Shown here: positions 38,023 to 46,768 of the stretch, one piece after another
Numbering within the stretch: the stretch's first letter is position 1
Layout: each line of letters begins with the position of its first letter
Assembly: GCA_039029715.1 (NCBI GenBank)
Contig: JBCCFN010000003.1
Span: 1-50,615, forward strand
Direction: 5' to 3'
Length of the DNA stretch: 50,615 nt
Source: Actinomycetota bacterium
GTDB lineage: Bacteria > Actinomycetota > Acidimicrobiia > Acidimicrobiales > SZUA-35
Program-made: the position numbers and the translations under genes
Notes under the pieces: generated by a model
Told to the model about the DNA's origin: nothing
What the model saw: only the letters and a program-made list of their open reading frames with translations
The model's database searches: none

Positions 38023-39578
38023 GGCGTCACCGACACCATCGCCGCCTCCAAGACGGCCCGATCGTCGACCCGGACCGGTTCCACCCCGTCCGGGCCGTCA
38101 AGCACGAAGGTGATCCCGTCGATCGCCTTCTTGTCCCGGGAGAACAGGTCGATCAGCATCCCGTGGTCCATCCCGGCGGGGATGGTCCCGTCCAGGCCGT
38201 AGGCGGCCACGACCCGACGATGCTCGTCGACCCGAGCGGCGTCGATCCGGCCAAGCCGCCGACCGAGCTCGGCCGCATAGATCAGGCCGATCCCGACCGC
38301 CTCGCCGTGTCGGAGGTCGTAGCCCCCGGCGGTCTCGAGTGCATGGGCCAGCGTGTGGCCGTAGTTCAGGATGGCCCGACGACCGCCCTCACGCTCGTCC
38401 CCGGCGACCACATCGGCCTTGATCCGGACCGAGCGGGCCACCCGCTCGACCAGCTCCACCTCATCGAGGCGGCCGCCGCCGAGGAAGTGGTACTTGGCGA
38501 GCTCCCCCATGCCGCTTCGGAACTCCCGCGGCGACAGCGTGGCCAGGGTGTCGACATCGCACACCACGGCCGCCGGCTGCCAGAACGCCCCGACCAGGTT
38601 CTTGCCCTCGGGGAGATTCACGCCGGTCTTGCCGCCGATGGCGGCATCGATCTGCCCCAACAGGGTGGTCGACACGTGCACCACCGGGATGCCCCGGTGG
38701 TAGCTGGCGGCGACGAAGCCGGCCAGGTCTGACACCACCCCACCCCCGACCGAGACCACGCAGTCGGCCCGGGTCATGCCCCAGGCAGCGAACTGGGAGG
38801 CCAGGGAGCCGACGACATCCAGCCGTTTCGCAGCCTCGCCGTCCTCGACGGTGAACACCCGCTGCTCCCGGCCGCTGTCGACCTCGACCCCGATCCCCGG
38901 TTGGGTCACGATGGCGACCCGGGACGCCCGATCGGGGACCAGGTCTGGTAGGTGCCCAAGCACGCCTCGACCGACCACCACCGGGTAGGTCCGGCCGTCG
39001 GCGAGGGCCACCTCCTCGACCCGGGGCGCGGCGTCTCGACCGGGGAAGGTTGCGACTCCATCGACGATGGCCGCCGCAACCTCGGCCGCGGTACGACCGG
39101 CGGTCTGGATGATCAGGTCCGCTGCGGCGGTGTAGTGGACCAACCGGTCCCGTCGCAGCGTGCGAAGACGAGCGCCGGCCGCCTCGGCTCCCCCGGTGCC
39201 GTCACCGGCCAGCAGCGGACGGCCGGTGGCCGCCCCGAGCCGGGCCGACAGCTCGTCGTCCGGCGCATCGAGCCAGACCGTTACCGCCCGGTCTGCCAGC
39301 AGCGCTCGATTCTCCGGCCGCACCACCAGACCGCCACCACCATCGACGATCACGTCGGGCTCGGCTTCGAGGGCCCGGGCGAGCAACCGGTGTTCGAGCT
39401 CCCGGAACCGCCCCTCACCGTCGGTGGCGAACAGCTCGGGGATCGATCGGCCGGCCTCGGCTTCGATCGCAGCGTCCAGTCCCACCACCGGGCGGCCGGT
39501 GGCGCGGCCACGCTGCTCGGCAGCAGACGACTTCCCGGCGCCGGGGAGGCCGATGAGAACCAGAGGAGTAGTCATCAC
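38019..39578 (-). CDS. aroKB: Fused shikimate kinase / 3-dehydroquinate synthase
   Basis: AroK: GLPGAGKS, GE..FRELE, GGG, RPLL. AroB: GGGVVSD, DAAIGGKTG, KNLVG, NYGHT, HGEAV. One continuous 519-codon frame. Confidence 0.9.
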   Translation of the reverse strand: MMTTPLVLIGLPGAGKSSAAEQRGRATGRPVVGLDAAIEAEAGRSIPELFATDGEGRFRELEHRLLARALEAEPDVIVDGGGGLVVRPENRALLADRAVTVWLDAPDDELSARLGAATGRPLLAGDGTGGAEAAGARLRTLRRDRLVHYTAAADLIIQTAGRTAAEVAAAIVDGVATFPGRDAAPRVEEVALADGRTYPVVVGRGVLGHLPDLVPDRASRVAIVTQPGIGVEVDSGREQRVFTVEDGEAAKRLDVVGSLASQFAAWGMTRADCVVSVGGGVVSDLAGFVAASYHRGIPVVHVSTTLLGQIDAAIGGKTGVNLPEGKNLVGAFWQPAAVVCDVDTLATLSPREFRSGMGELAKYHFLGGGRLDEVELVERVARSVRIKADVVAGDEREGGRRAILNYGHTLAHALETAGGYDLRHGEAVGIGLIYAAELGRRLGRIDAARVDEHRRVVAAYGLDGTIPAGMDHGMLIDLFSRDKKAIDGITFVLDGPDGVEPVRVDDRAVLEAAMVSVTP

Positions 39579-39618
39579 CTCGATCGTACCGGCGGTGTGA
39601 ACCGCCGGATCGGTGGCG

Positions 39619-40398
39619 CTAGAGCCGAACGGTGTCGATCACGGCGCCGGAGACGACGACGACGGCCAGGGTTGCGGTTGCCAGGGCTGGACCGAACGGG
39701 ATCTCGGCCCGCCCTCGTCGCCGGATCAGGTTGTAGACGATCCCGCCGACCGCCCCGCCGACCAGGGCGATCAGGATGGTGATGAGGACCAGTCGGGTCG
39801 TGTCGACCAGGCCCGGCTGGAGCCAGCCGATGAACAAGCCGAGGGTCATGGAGAGCTTCACGTCCCCCCGACCCATCCCCTGCTCGTGGGCCAGGTGGGC
39901 CAGCCCGATGAAGCCGGTGAAGACCGCAGCACCGACCAGGGCCGAGGTGATCCCGGCCGCATAGTCCCGCTGCCCGGAGACCACCAGGACGACGAACAAC
40001 CCGGCGAGGAAGGCGGGCCAGGTGATGATGTTCGGCAACAGGTGGGTCTCGGCGTCGATGGCGGACAGCACGATCAGGATCGCAGCGAGCCCCAGGTAGG
40101 GGATCAGCAGCCAGCCGGAGCCGAACCGCAATCCCATCATGGCGAACACCAGGGCGGTGGCACCATCGACCAGCGGGTAGCGAAGACCCTTGTGGGCCCC
40201 GCACGACCAGCAGCGGTCGAACCACGAGCGGACCGGGATGAGTGATCGCCGTCCGATGGCGGCGCTGCAGGTGGTGCAGCGGTGGGTCGGCCGGAGCGGC
40301 AGCCGCTCGACGGTGCGGTCGACCAGGATGCCGAGCACCGGGCCGATGACGAGCCCGAGAGCCAGCAGGCCCACGGACATCGCAATCGACCCGGTCAT
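39619..40398 (-). CDS. pilD: Type IV prepilin peptidase (A24)
   Basis: CxxC...CxxC, ID...LP and GMGRGDVKL aspartate motifs, IPFGP; multiple TM helices. Confidence 0.88.
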   Translation of the reverse strand: MTGSIAMSVGLLALGLVIGPVLGILVDRTVERLPLRPTHRCTTCSAAIGRRSLIPVRSWFDRCWSCGAHKGLRYPLVDGATALVFAMMGLRFGSGWLLIPYLGLAAILIVLSAIDAETHLLPNIITWPAFLAGLFVVLVVSGQRDYAAGITSALVGAAVFTGFIGLAHLAHEQGMGRGDVKLSMTLGLFIGWLQPGLVDTTRLVLITILIALVGGAVGGIVYNLIRRRGRAEIPFGPALATATLAVVVVSGAVIDTVRL

Positions 40399-40401
40399 CG
40401 G

Positions 40402-41448
40402 TCAGTCGTCGTTCTTGCGGTAGCGGGCGAGCAGCCCACCGCTCTTTGCCGTCTCGGAGTCGTCGACCAGTGCGGACAGGTCGTCGACCGAGGCGCCGAA
40501 GTCCGAGATCTCGGCCGGCGACGGCGGGGTGTCGGGGGTGCCGGCGGAATCGTCCTCGCTCAGCTCGGCCGCGGTCGGGGCCGGCGGCATCGGCGGCCGG
40601 TCGGTTGCGGACTCGGCGGTGGTCGCCTCGGTCTCGGCCGGGGCGGTCGTCGGCTCGGGCTCGGCGGTGGCGGCGGCGCCCTCGGACATGGCCTCGATCG
40701 ACAGCAGACCTGCGGACAGCGAGTCGTCGGTGAGCGCACCCATCAGGGCGGCGTCGCCGAGCTCGGTGGCGGCCGGCATGCCGGGGGCGGCAGCGATCGG
40801 ATCCGGCTCGCCGGCGGGACCGGTCGGCATCTCGAATGCGGGTGTTGACTCGGTCGCGGTCGGGCTGAGCGACTCCGAGGCCCGGGCCATGGATGCGATC
40901 CCAGTGGTCGGCTCGGACACGCTCACCAGCTGGCGTTCGGCAAGCAGCTTGATCTGGCGGCTGCCCTCGACCTCGCCCAGTTCCAGTGCCTGGCAGACCT
41001 GGGAGGCCGGGCAGCCGGAGGCGACGACGGTCAGGACCGCCCACTCGGCGCGATTGATGCTGACCTCGTCCGCCGGGAGATCGGCCGACGGGGCGACGTG
41101 GTGGTCGAGGCTCGGGACGACGGCCTCGATCTGACGCCAGTCGGCCAGCCGGTTCTCGGCCGCGGCCAGGACCTTGGCCACGATCTGGGGGCTGTCCCCC
41201 TCGCCGACCTCGCGGTTGGTGAAGGTGAACGTCCCGTCGCCGTACCGCAGGAGCTCGAACATCACGTCCTCGACCTCGGTGCCGTTGGCGGTGTGGCTCG
41301 CCGTGCCGTCGACCAGACGCCCCTCGTTGAACATCAACGAGCCGGTGCCCCGGTCGCCGCTGATCTCGAGCTGACCGGTCTTGTTGGTGCTGGACAGCAG
41401 TCCGAGTACCTCGTCGAGCGCAAAGTTTTCAAGCGAACCTTGCAGCAT
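40402..41448 (-). CDS. DUF4388 / PATAN-domain protein with a long acidic, low-complexity tail
   Basis: MLQGSLENFALDEVLGLLS...KTG.L...G.F.F N-terminus, wHTH-like middle, disordered P/A/E/T-rich C-terminus; AGGAGG SD. Confidence 0.8.
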   Translation of the reverse strand: MLQGSLENFALDEVLGLLSSTNKTGQLEISGDRGTGSLMFNEGRLVDGTASHTANGTEVEDVMFELLRYGDGTFTFTNREVGEGDSPQIVAKVLAAAENRLADWRQIEAVVPSLDHHVAPSADLPADEVSINRAEWAVLTVVASGCPASQVCQALELGEVEGSRQIKLLAERQLVSVSEPTTGIASMARASESLSPTATESTPAFEMPTGPAGEPDPIAAAPGMPAATELGDAALMGALTDDSLSAGLLSIEAMSEGAAATAEPEPTTAPAETEATTAESATDRPPMPPAPTAAELSEDDSAGTPDTPPSPAEISDFGASVDDLSALVDDSETAKSGGLLARYRKNDD

Positions 41449-41503
41449 CCTGCAACCTCCTGTCGCCGCCCGACGACCGGACGGGTGTCTCTGTACCCAG
41501 TCC

Positions 41504-41530
41504 TCTTCGGAAGATTGCGACAGGAGTTGA
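41504..41530 (-). promoter_or_regulatory. Sigma-28-like promoter of DUF4388-pilD
   Basis: TCAA-ctcctgtcgcaatct(15)-TCCGAAGA; shares TCAACTCC with the GGDEF-EAL promoter. Confidence 0.5.
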
Positions 41531-41541
41531 GGCCGGCCGGG

Positions 41542-42375
41542 TCAGGCCGAACCGTCGACCGCAGCGGCCATGGCCGCCACCGGCGCCTCCAGCCCGGTCC
41601 AGTGCCCGAAGGCCAGGGCGGCCTGGTGGACCAGCATCCCGACGCCATCCGCAGTGGCCGCGCCGCGCTGACCGGCGGCGGCGAGCAGCGGAGTCACCCG
41701 GGGCTGGTAGACGATATCGACCACCCGCTGGCCGTCGTGGAGCCCCTCGATCGGGACGGGGATGCCCCCAGGGTCTGGACCGCCCGCCATCCCGACCGCG
41801 GTGGTGTTGACGATCACGTCGGCCGCTGCGGTGGCCTCGGCGTCGCCATAGGCCCCGACGACGGCCTGCGGCGCCAGGGCAGCGGCCCCCTCGGCCTTCT
41901 CCGGGGTCCGGTTCATGACCGTGATCCCGGCCGCTCCGGCCCGGCCAACCGCCTCGATGACCGACCGGGCGGCGCCGCCGGCGCCGACGACCAGAACGTT
42001 GGCGCCCTCGAGTCCGGCGCCGAGGTCGGCCTCGAAGGCCCGGACGAAGCCATCACCGTCTGTCGAGTCGCCGACGATGCGATCACCGTTGCGGAACAGG
42101 CAGTTGGCAACGCCGAGCCGGTCGGCGGCCGGGGTCAGGGCGTCCGCGGCCTCGGCGACCACCGCCTTGTGGGGCATCGTGACCGAGAGCCCGTCGATGC
42201 CGAAGGTCCGCATCGCCTCGACCGCTCGGGCCCCATCACCGGCCGGGACCGGCAGTGCCAGGTAGACCCAGTCCAGGCCGAGGGCGGCGAAACCGGCGTT
42301 GTGGATCGCCGGCGACAGCGAGTGTCTGACCGGGTCGCCGATGACGGCGGCCAGCCTGGTCCGGCCGGAGATCAA
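41542..42375 (-). CDS. aroE: Shikimate dehydrogenase
   Basis: HSLSPAIHN, SVTMPHK, TDG.G, GAGGAA, NRT and GMLVHQ motifs. Confidence 0.95.
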   Translation of the reverse strand: MISGRTRLAAVIGDPVRHSLSPAIHNAGFAALGLDWVYLALPVPAGDGARAVEAMRTFGIDGLSVTMPHKAVVAEAADALTPAADRLGVANCLFRNGDRIVGDSTDGDGFVRAFEADLGAGLEGANVLVVGAGGAARSVIEAVGRAGAAGITVMNRTPEKAEGAAALAPQAVVGAYGDAEATAAADVIVNTTAVGMAGGPDPGGIPVPIEGLHDGQRVVDIVYQPRVTPLLAAAGQRGAATADGVGMLVHQAALAFGHWTGLEAPVAAMAAAVDGSA

Positions 42376-43538
42376 CTGTCCAGCAGGCCCAGCTCCCGGG
42401 CCACCGCCACGTTCTCGTTGTGTTCCTCGAGGGTGTTCGCGAAGGCGTGGCTGCCGTCTGGGTCGATCAGCACGTAGTACAGCCAGTCCCCCGGGGTCGG
42501 GTTCATGGCCGCATCGAGCGAGGCCCGACCCGGGGCGGCGATCGGCGTCGGGGGGAGGCCCCGGCTCTCCGGGTGGCGGGTGTTGTACGGACCCGGGGTG
42601 TCGATGTCCGACTGGAAGATCGGTTCGCCCCGGATCCCCTTGCCGTAGATCAGGGTGGCGTCGATCCCGAGGGATTGATTCTCGGCCAGGCGATTGTGGA
42701 TCACCCTGGCGATGCGGGGCCGATCCTCATCGGTCTTGGCCTCGGCCTCGACCAGCGAGGCAATGATGATCACCTCGTATGCCGACAGACCGTGGCGCTG
42801 CTCGGCCGCCCCGTAGCCGAGCTGCCCGGTCACCGCCGCGAACTCGTTGCTCATCTTGGCCAGGACCTCGAGCGGCTCGATGTCTGCCTCGATGAAGTAC
42901 TTGGCCGGGAACAGCAGGCCCTCCCAGCTCTCGTTGCCGACCGGCCGGTACCGCGGCTCGAGCTGCCCGGAGTCGAGGGCGGCCTGGAGCTCGGTTGCGG
43001 TGACCCCGGGAATCTGGTTTGCGGTCCGCTCCAGGATCTCGGTCAGCCACAACCCCTCGGGGATCAGGAACTCGCCGTACTCGATCTGAGCCGGTCCACC
43101 GTTGAGCACGGCGATGGCCTCGTCGGCGGACATGTTCTCCTGCATCGTGTACTGGCCGGCCTGGAAATTGGAGAAGTCCTTGTACTCGGCGTAGTAGCGG
43201 AAGAAGGTGCTGTTCGGGATGACCTCGTTCGATTCGAGCAGCGATGCCAGATCCCCGGTGGTGGCCCCGGCCGGGACGTCGATCACCACCTCGGCCCCGG
43301 GCTCCCCCTCAGGGTCGAGCTGGGCTGCGAACCAGTTGCGGGCCCCGGTGTAGATGACCCAGCCGATGCCGAGCAGGATGGCGACGGCCAACACCGCCCG
43401 CAGGACCCGCAGCCCCGAGGGGCGGGACGTCACGAACTGGGCCTCGTCCTCCCAGATCAGGTCCTCGGTCCCGCCGAGCGGGTCCCCGGGGTGGGGGCCG
43501 ACCGGCTCCCGGTTGTCCTGCTCGTCGAGAAAAGTCAC
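42372..43538 (-). CDS. mltG: Endolytic transglycosylase MltG
   Basis: TM anchor, IPEG, EGLLFP, ASLVEAE, PYNT and GLPPTPI motifs. Confidence 0.95.
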   Translation of the reverse strand: MTFLDEQDNREPVGPHPGDPLGGTEDLIWEDEAQFVTSRPSGLRVLRAVLAVAILLGIGWVIYTGARNWFAAQLDPEGEPGAEVVIDVPAGATTGDLASLLESNEVIPNSTFFRYYAEYKDFSNFQAGQYTMQENMSADEAIAVLNGGPAQIEYGEFLIPEGLWLTEILERTANQIPGVTATELQAALDSGQLEPRYRPVGNESWEGLLFPAKYFIEADIEPLEVLAKMSNEFAAVTGQLGYGAAEQRHGLSAYEVIIIASLVEAEAKTDEDRPRIARVIHNRLAENQSLGIDATLIYGKGIRGEPIFQSDIDTPGPYNTRHPESRGLPPTPIAAPGRASLDAAMNPTPGDWLYYVLIDPDGSHAFANTLEEHNENVAVARELGLLDS

Positions 43539-43611
43539 GGGGTAGATGGTAGTGCGACCGGCGGCCGGTCAGGGGGCGACCCCGACCTCGATCTGGACGA
43601 GGGGGCCTCGA

Positions 43612-44073
43612 TCACGACCCGGCGGTCCGGTCGAGCCAATCCTGGAGGATGACCGCCGCCGCCACCTGGTCGACCACCTCGGTTCGGCGACGACCGCGGA
43701 CCCCCTGGGCCCGCAGCGCATCGTCTGCCGAGACGGTCGTCAGCCGCTCATCATGGGTCGTGACCGGGATACCGAGGCGACGACCGAGGGCCCGGAGCTC
43801 AGACCGAACGGTCCGGACCGCAGGGCCCTCGCCACCATCGAGTCCGAGAGGTAGCCCGACCACGGCGAGCACCGCCCCGGTCTCACCGACGATGTCTGCA
43901 AGCTCAGCATGCTCCACCGGTCGATCCCCGACCCGCTTCACGGTCCGGAACGGCGTGGCGACGGTCCGGCCGGCGTCGCACACGGCAACCCCGATCCGTC
44001 TCGACCCGAGATCGAGCCCGATCACCCGTCCGGTGGCTGGCCAGGATGCCGGCTCGGCCGGCTCCCCGCTCAG
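43612..44073 (-). CDS. ruvX: Holliday junction resolvase-like RuvX/YqgF (start at CTG 44073 or GTG 44025)
   Basis: GLDLGSRRIGVA, VGLP, DERLTT and DQVAA..ILQ motifs; alaS-ruvX-mltG synteny. Confidence 0.9.
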   Translation of the reverse strand: MSGEPAEPASWPATGRVIGLDLGSRRIGVAVCDAGRTVATPFRTVKRVGDRPVEHAELADIVGETGAVLAVVGLPLGLDGGEGPAVRTVRSELRALGRRLGIPVTTHDERLTTVSADDALRAQGVRGRRRTEVVDQVAAAVILQDWLDRTAGS

Positions 44074-46667
44074 GAGTCCAGGCCGGCGGCCTGCCGGGCC
44101 AGGTCGAGGGCGGCGTCGATGCCGTCCGGATCCTTGCCGCCGGCCATCGCCAGGTCCGGGCCCTTGCCACCACCACCCTTGATGGCCTTGGCACCCTCGG
44201 CGATCAGTGCCCCGGCTTCGGCCTGGCCGGTCCCGGGGACGACGGCCGCCACCAGTGCAGCACCACCGCCATCCGGGGCGCCGCCCAGAACCACGGCGTC
44301 GACGTCTTCCCGGTCCCGAAGGGCGACCGCCAGGTCCTTGAGCGCGTCCCGGGACAACCCGTCGATCCTGGCGATCACGACCCGGTTCACCGCACCGGCG
44401 GCCAGATCACCGGCCTGGCTGACCGCCAACTGCCCCTGCAGAGCCTTGACCTGGGCCCGTAGCTCCGCCATCTCGTCCAGCCGCTTGCTCAGACCGTCGA
44501 CCATGTCGCCCCGCGGGACGTTGAGGAGGCCGGCGGCCCGGTCGACGGTCGCCTGCTCGGCCCGGAGCAGCTCGATGGCCCGGACCCCGGTGACCGCCTC
44601 GACCCGGCGGAGGTTCGACCCGATCGAACTCTCGCTCACGATCTTCATCAGCCCGATATCGCCGAGGGCGCCGACGTGGGTCCCACCGCAGAACTCCATG
44701 GTCGGACCGGCGATCATGACCCGGACCAGGTCGCCGTACTTGTCGCCGAAGAAGGCGATCGCTCCGAGCGCCTCGGCCTCGGCCTTCGTCATCTCCGGAT
44801 GGTCGGTGGTCGTGTTCTCCAGAATCATGGCGTTGACCCGATCCTCTATCTCGCTCAGCTCCTCCGGGGTCACCGGATCGAAGTGGCTGAAGTCGAACCG
44901 GAGCCGGTCCGGGCCGACGTAGGAGCCCTGCTGCTTCACGTGATCGCCGAGGACCGCCCGCAGCGCATGGTGGAGCAGGTGGGTCCCGGTGTGGTTCCGC
45001 CGGATGGCGTCACGCCGGTCGACGTCGACCGAGATCCCGGCCAGCTGGCCGGGCAGGATCTCACCATCGGTCAGGTCGATCACGTGGCGGTGGACGCCAG
45101 GGACGGCGTAGACCGTGTCCAGGATCCGGGCGGTGCCGGTGTCGGTGACGATCTGGCCGGTGTCACCGATCTGACCGCCGGCCTCAGCGTAGGCCGGGGT
45201 GCGATTGGTGAACACCGACACGGTGTCCGTCCCGATGCCGGTCACGAGCAGAATGTCTGCCTCGACGTCTGTCAGCGTCTGGCCGAGCGACTCCCGGCCG
45301 ATGAAGTCGGTCTGGTTCCCGGCCTCGACGATGGCCTGGATCTGGTCGATGTCGACCGCCTGGACCAGGTTCTTGCGGGCTTCCTTGGCCCTGGTCCGCT
45401 GCTCGGCCATGTCGGCGTCGAAGCCGGCCCGGTCGACCGAGAAGCCCCGCTCGGCCACGACCTCGGCGGTCACCTCGAACGGGAAGCCGTAGGTGTCGTG
45501 GAGCAGGAACGCCACCGAGCCGGGCAGCTCGCCGCCGGGTTCCAGACCGGCCAGGTGCTCGTCCAGGATGGTCGACCCGGAGGCCAGGGTCCGCCGGAAC
45601 TGGGTCTCCTCCCGCTCCACCACCCGACGGATCAGATCATGGGTGGTCACCAGTTGCGGGTAGTCGGGGCCCATGATCTCAACCACGGTGTCGACCAGTC
45701 GGCCGGTCACCTGGTCCTCGACCCCGAGCAGGTAGGCGAACCGGATGGCCCGGCGCATGATTCGCCGAAGCACGAAGCCCCGGTCCTCGTTCGACGGGAA
45801 CACCCCGTCGCTGATCAGGAACGCCATGGTCCTGGCGTGCTCGGCCAGGACCCGGAGGGCCAGATCTGAGTTCTCGTCCTGGCCGAGGGTGTAGCCGGTG
45901 ATCTCTTCGGCCGCCTCGATCAGGCGGGCCATCTCGTCGATCTCGAACACCGAGTCCTTGCCCTGGAGGACCATCAGGACCCGCTCCAGGCCGGCCCCGG
46001 TGTCGATCGACGGCTTCGGCAGGGGGGTCGAGGTGCCGTCCTCGTCGGTCTCGAACTGCATGAACACGAGGTTCCAGATCTCGATGTAGCGGTCCTCGCC
46101 GCCGTGCTCTGGGCCGCCGGCCTCGCCGAACTCCGGCCCCATGTCGTAGAAGATCTCCGAGCACGGTCCATTGGGCCCGGTGTCAGCCATCCGCCACCAG
46201 TTGTCCTCATCCAGCCGCTGGATCCGCTCCTTCGGCACCCCGACCTTCTCGTGCCAGATGGCGGCGGCCTCGTCGTCGCTGAGATGGACAGTGACCCACA
46301 GCCGGTCCGGGTCGAGGCCGAAGACCTCGGTCACCAGCTCCCAGGCCATGGGGATAGCGTCTTCCTTGAAGTAGTCGCCGAAGCTGAAGTTCCCCATCAT
46401 CTCGAAGAACGTGAGGTGGCGGGTGGTGCGCCCGACCTCGTCCAGGTCGTTGTGCTTGCCACCGGCCCGGACGCACTTCTGGACCGTGACGGCCCGCTGG
46501 TGTTCCGGCTTCTCCTCGCCGAGGAAGTACGGCTTGAACGGGACCATGCCCGAGTTGACGAACAGCAGCGACTTGTCGTGGGGGATCAGGCTGGCCGACG
46601 GGATCCGGAGATGATCCCGGTCCACGAAGAAGTCGGTAAACACCTTGCGCAGTTCGTTGGCCTTCAC
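44070..46667 (-). CDS. alaS: Alanine--tRNA ligase
   Basis: QKCVR, RHLTFFEMMGNFSFGDYFK, IDTGAGLER, HxxxH and CGGTH editing motifs, GGGGK. Confidence 0.98.
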   Translation of the reverse strand: MKANELRKVFTDFFVDRDHLRIPSASLIPHDKSLLFVNSGMVPFKPYFLGEEKPEHQRAVTVQKCVRAGGKHNDLDEVGRTTRHLTFFEMMGNFSFGDYFKEDAIPMAWELVTEVFGLDPDRLWVTVHLSDDEAAAIWHEKVGVPKERIQRLDEDNWWRMADTGPNGPCSEIFYDMGPEFGEAGGPEHGGEDRYIEIWNLVFMQFETDEDGTSTPLPKPSIDTGAGLERVLMVLQGKDSVFEIDEMARLIEAAEEITGYTLGQDENSDLALRVLAEHARTMAFLISDGVFPSNEDRGFVLRRIMRRAIRFAYLLGVEDQVTGRLVDTVVEIMGPDYPQLVTTHDLIRRVVEREETQFRRTLASGSTILDEHLAGLEPGGELPGSVAFLLHDTYGFPFEVTAEVVAERGFSVDRAGFDADMAEQRTRAKEARKNLVQAVDIDQIQAIVEAGNQTDFIGRESLGQTLTDVEADILLVTGIGTDTVSVFTNRTPAYAEAGGQIGDTGQIVTDTGTARILDTVYAVPGVHRHVIDLTDGEILPGQLAGISVDVDRRDAIRRNHTGTHLLHHALRAVLGDHVKQQGSYVGPDRLRFDFSHFDPVTPEELSEIEDRVNAMILENTTTDHPEMTKAEAEALGAIAFFGDKYGDLVRVMIAGPTMEFCGGTHVGALGDIGLMKIVSESSIGSNLRRVEAVTGVRAIELLRAEQATVDRAAGLLNVPRGDMVDGLSKRLDEMAELRAQVKALQGQLAVSQAGDLAAGAVNRVVIARIDGLSRDALKDLAVALRDREDVDAVVLGGAPDGGGAALVAAVVPGTGQAEAGALIAEGAKAIKGGGGKGPDLAMAGGKDPDGIDAALDLARQAAGLDS

Positions 46668-46768
46668 GGCATCAGACTATCGGGACGGCCCGATCCGGGA
46701 GACGAATACCGCCCGAGTCGTAATCAAGGCCCGCCGCCCCACAGGCGACGGCAACGATCCGCCTGATT

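Noticed and set aside
46668-46768. T-box leader for alaS
   Set aside because: There is no T-box motif, and a -10 six nt before the GTG indicates a leaderless mRNA.
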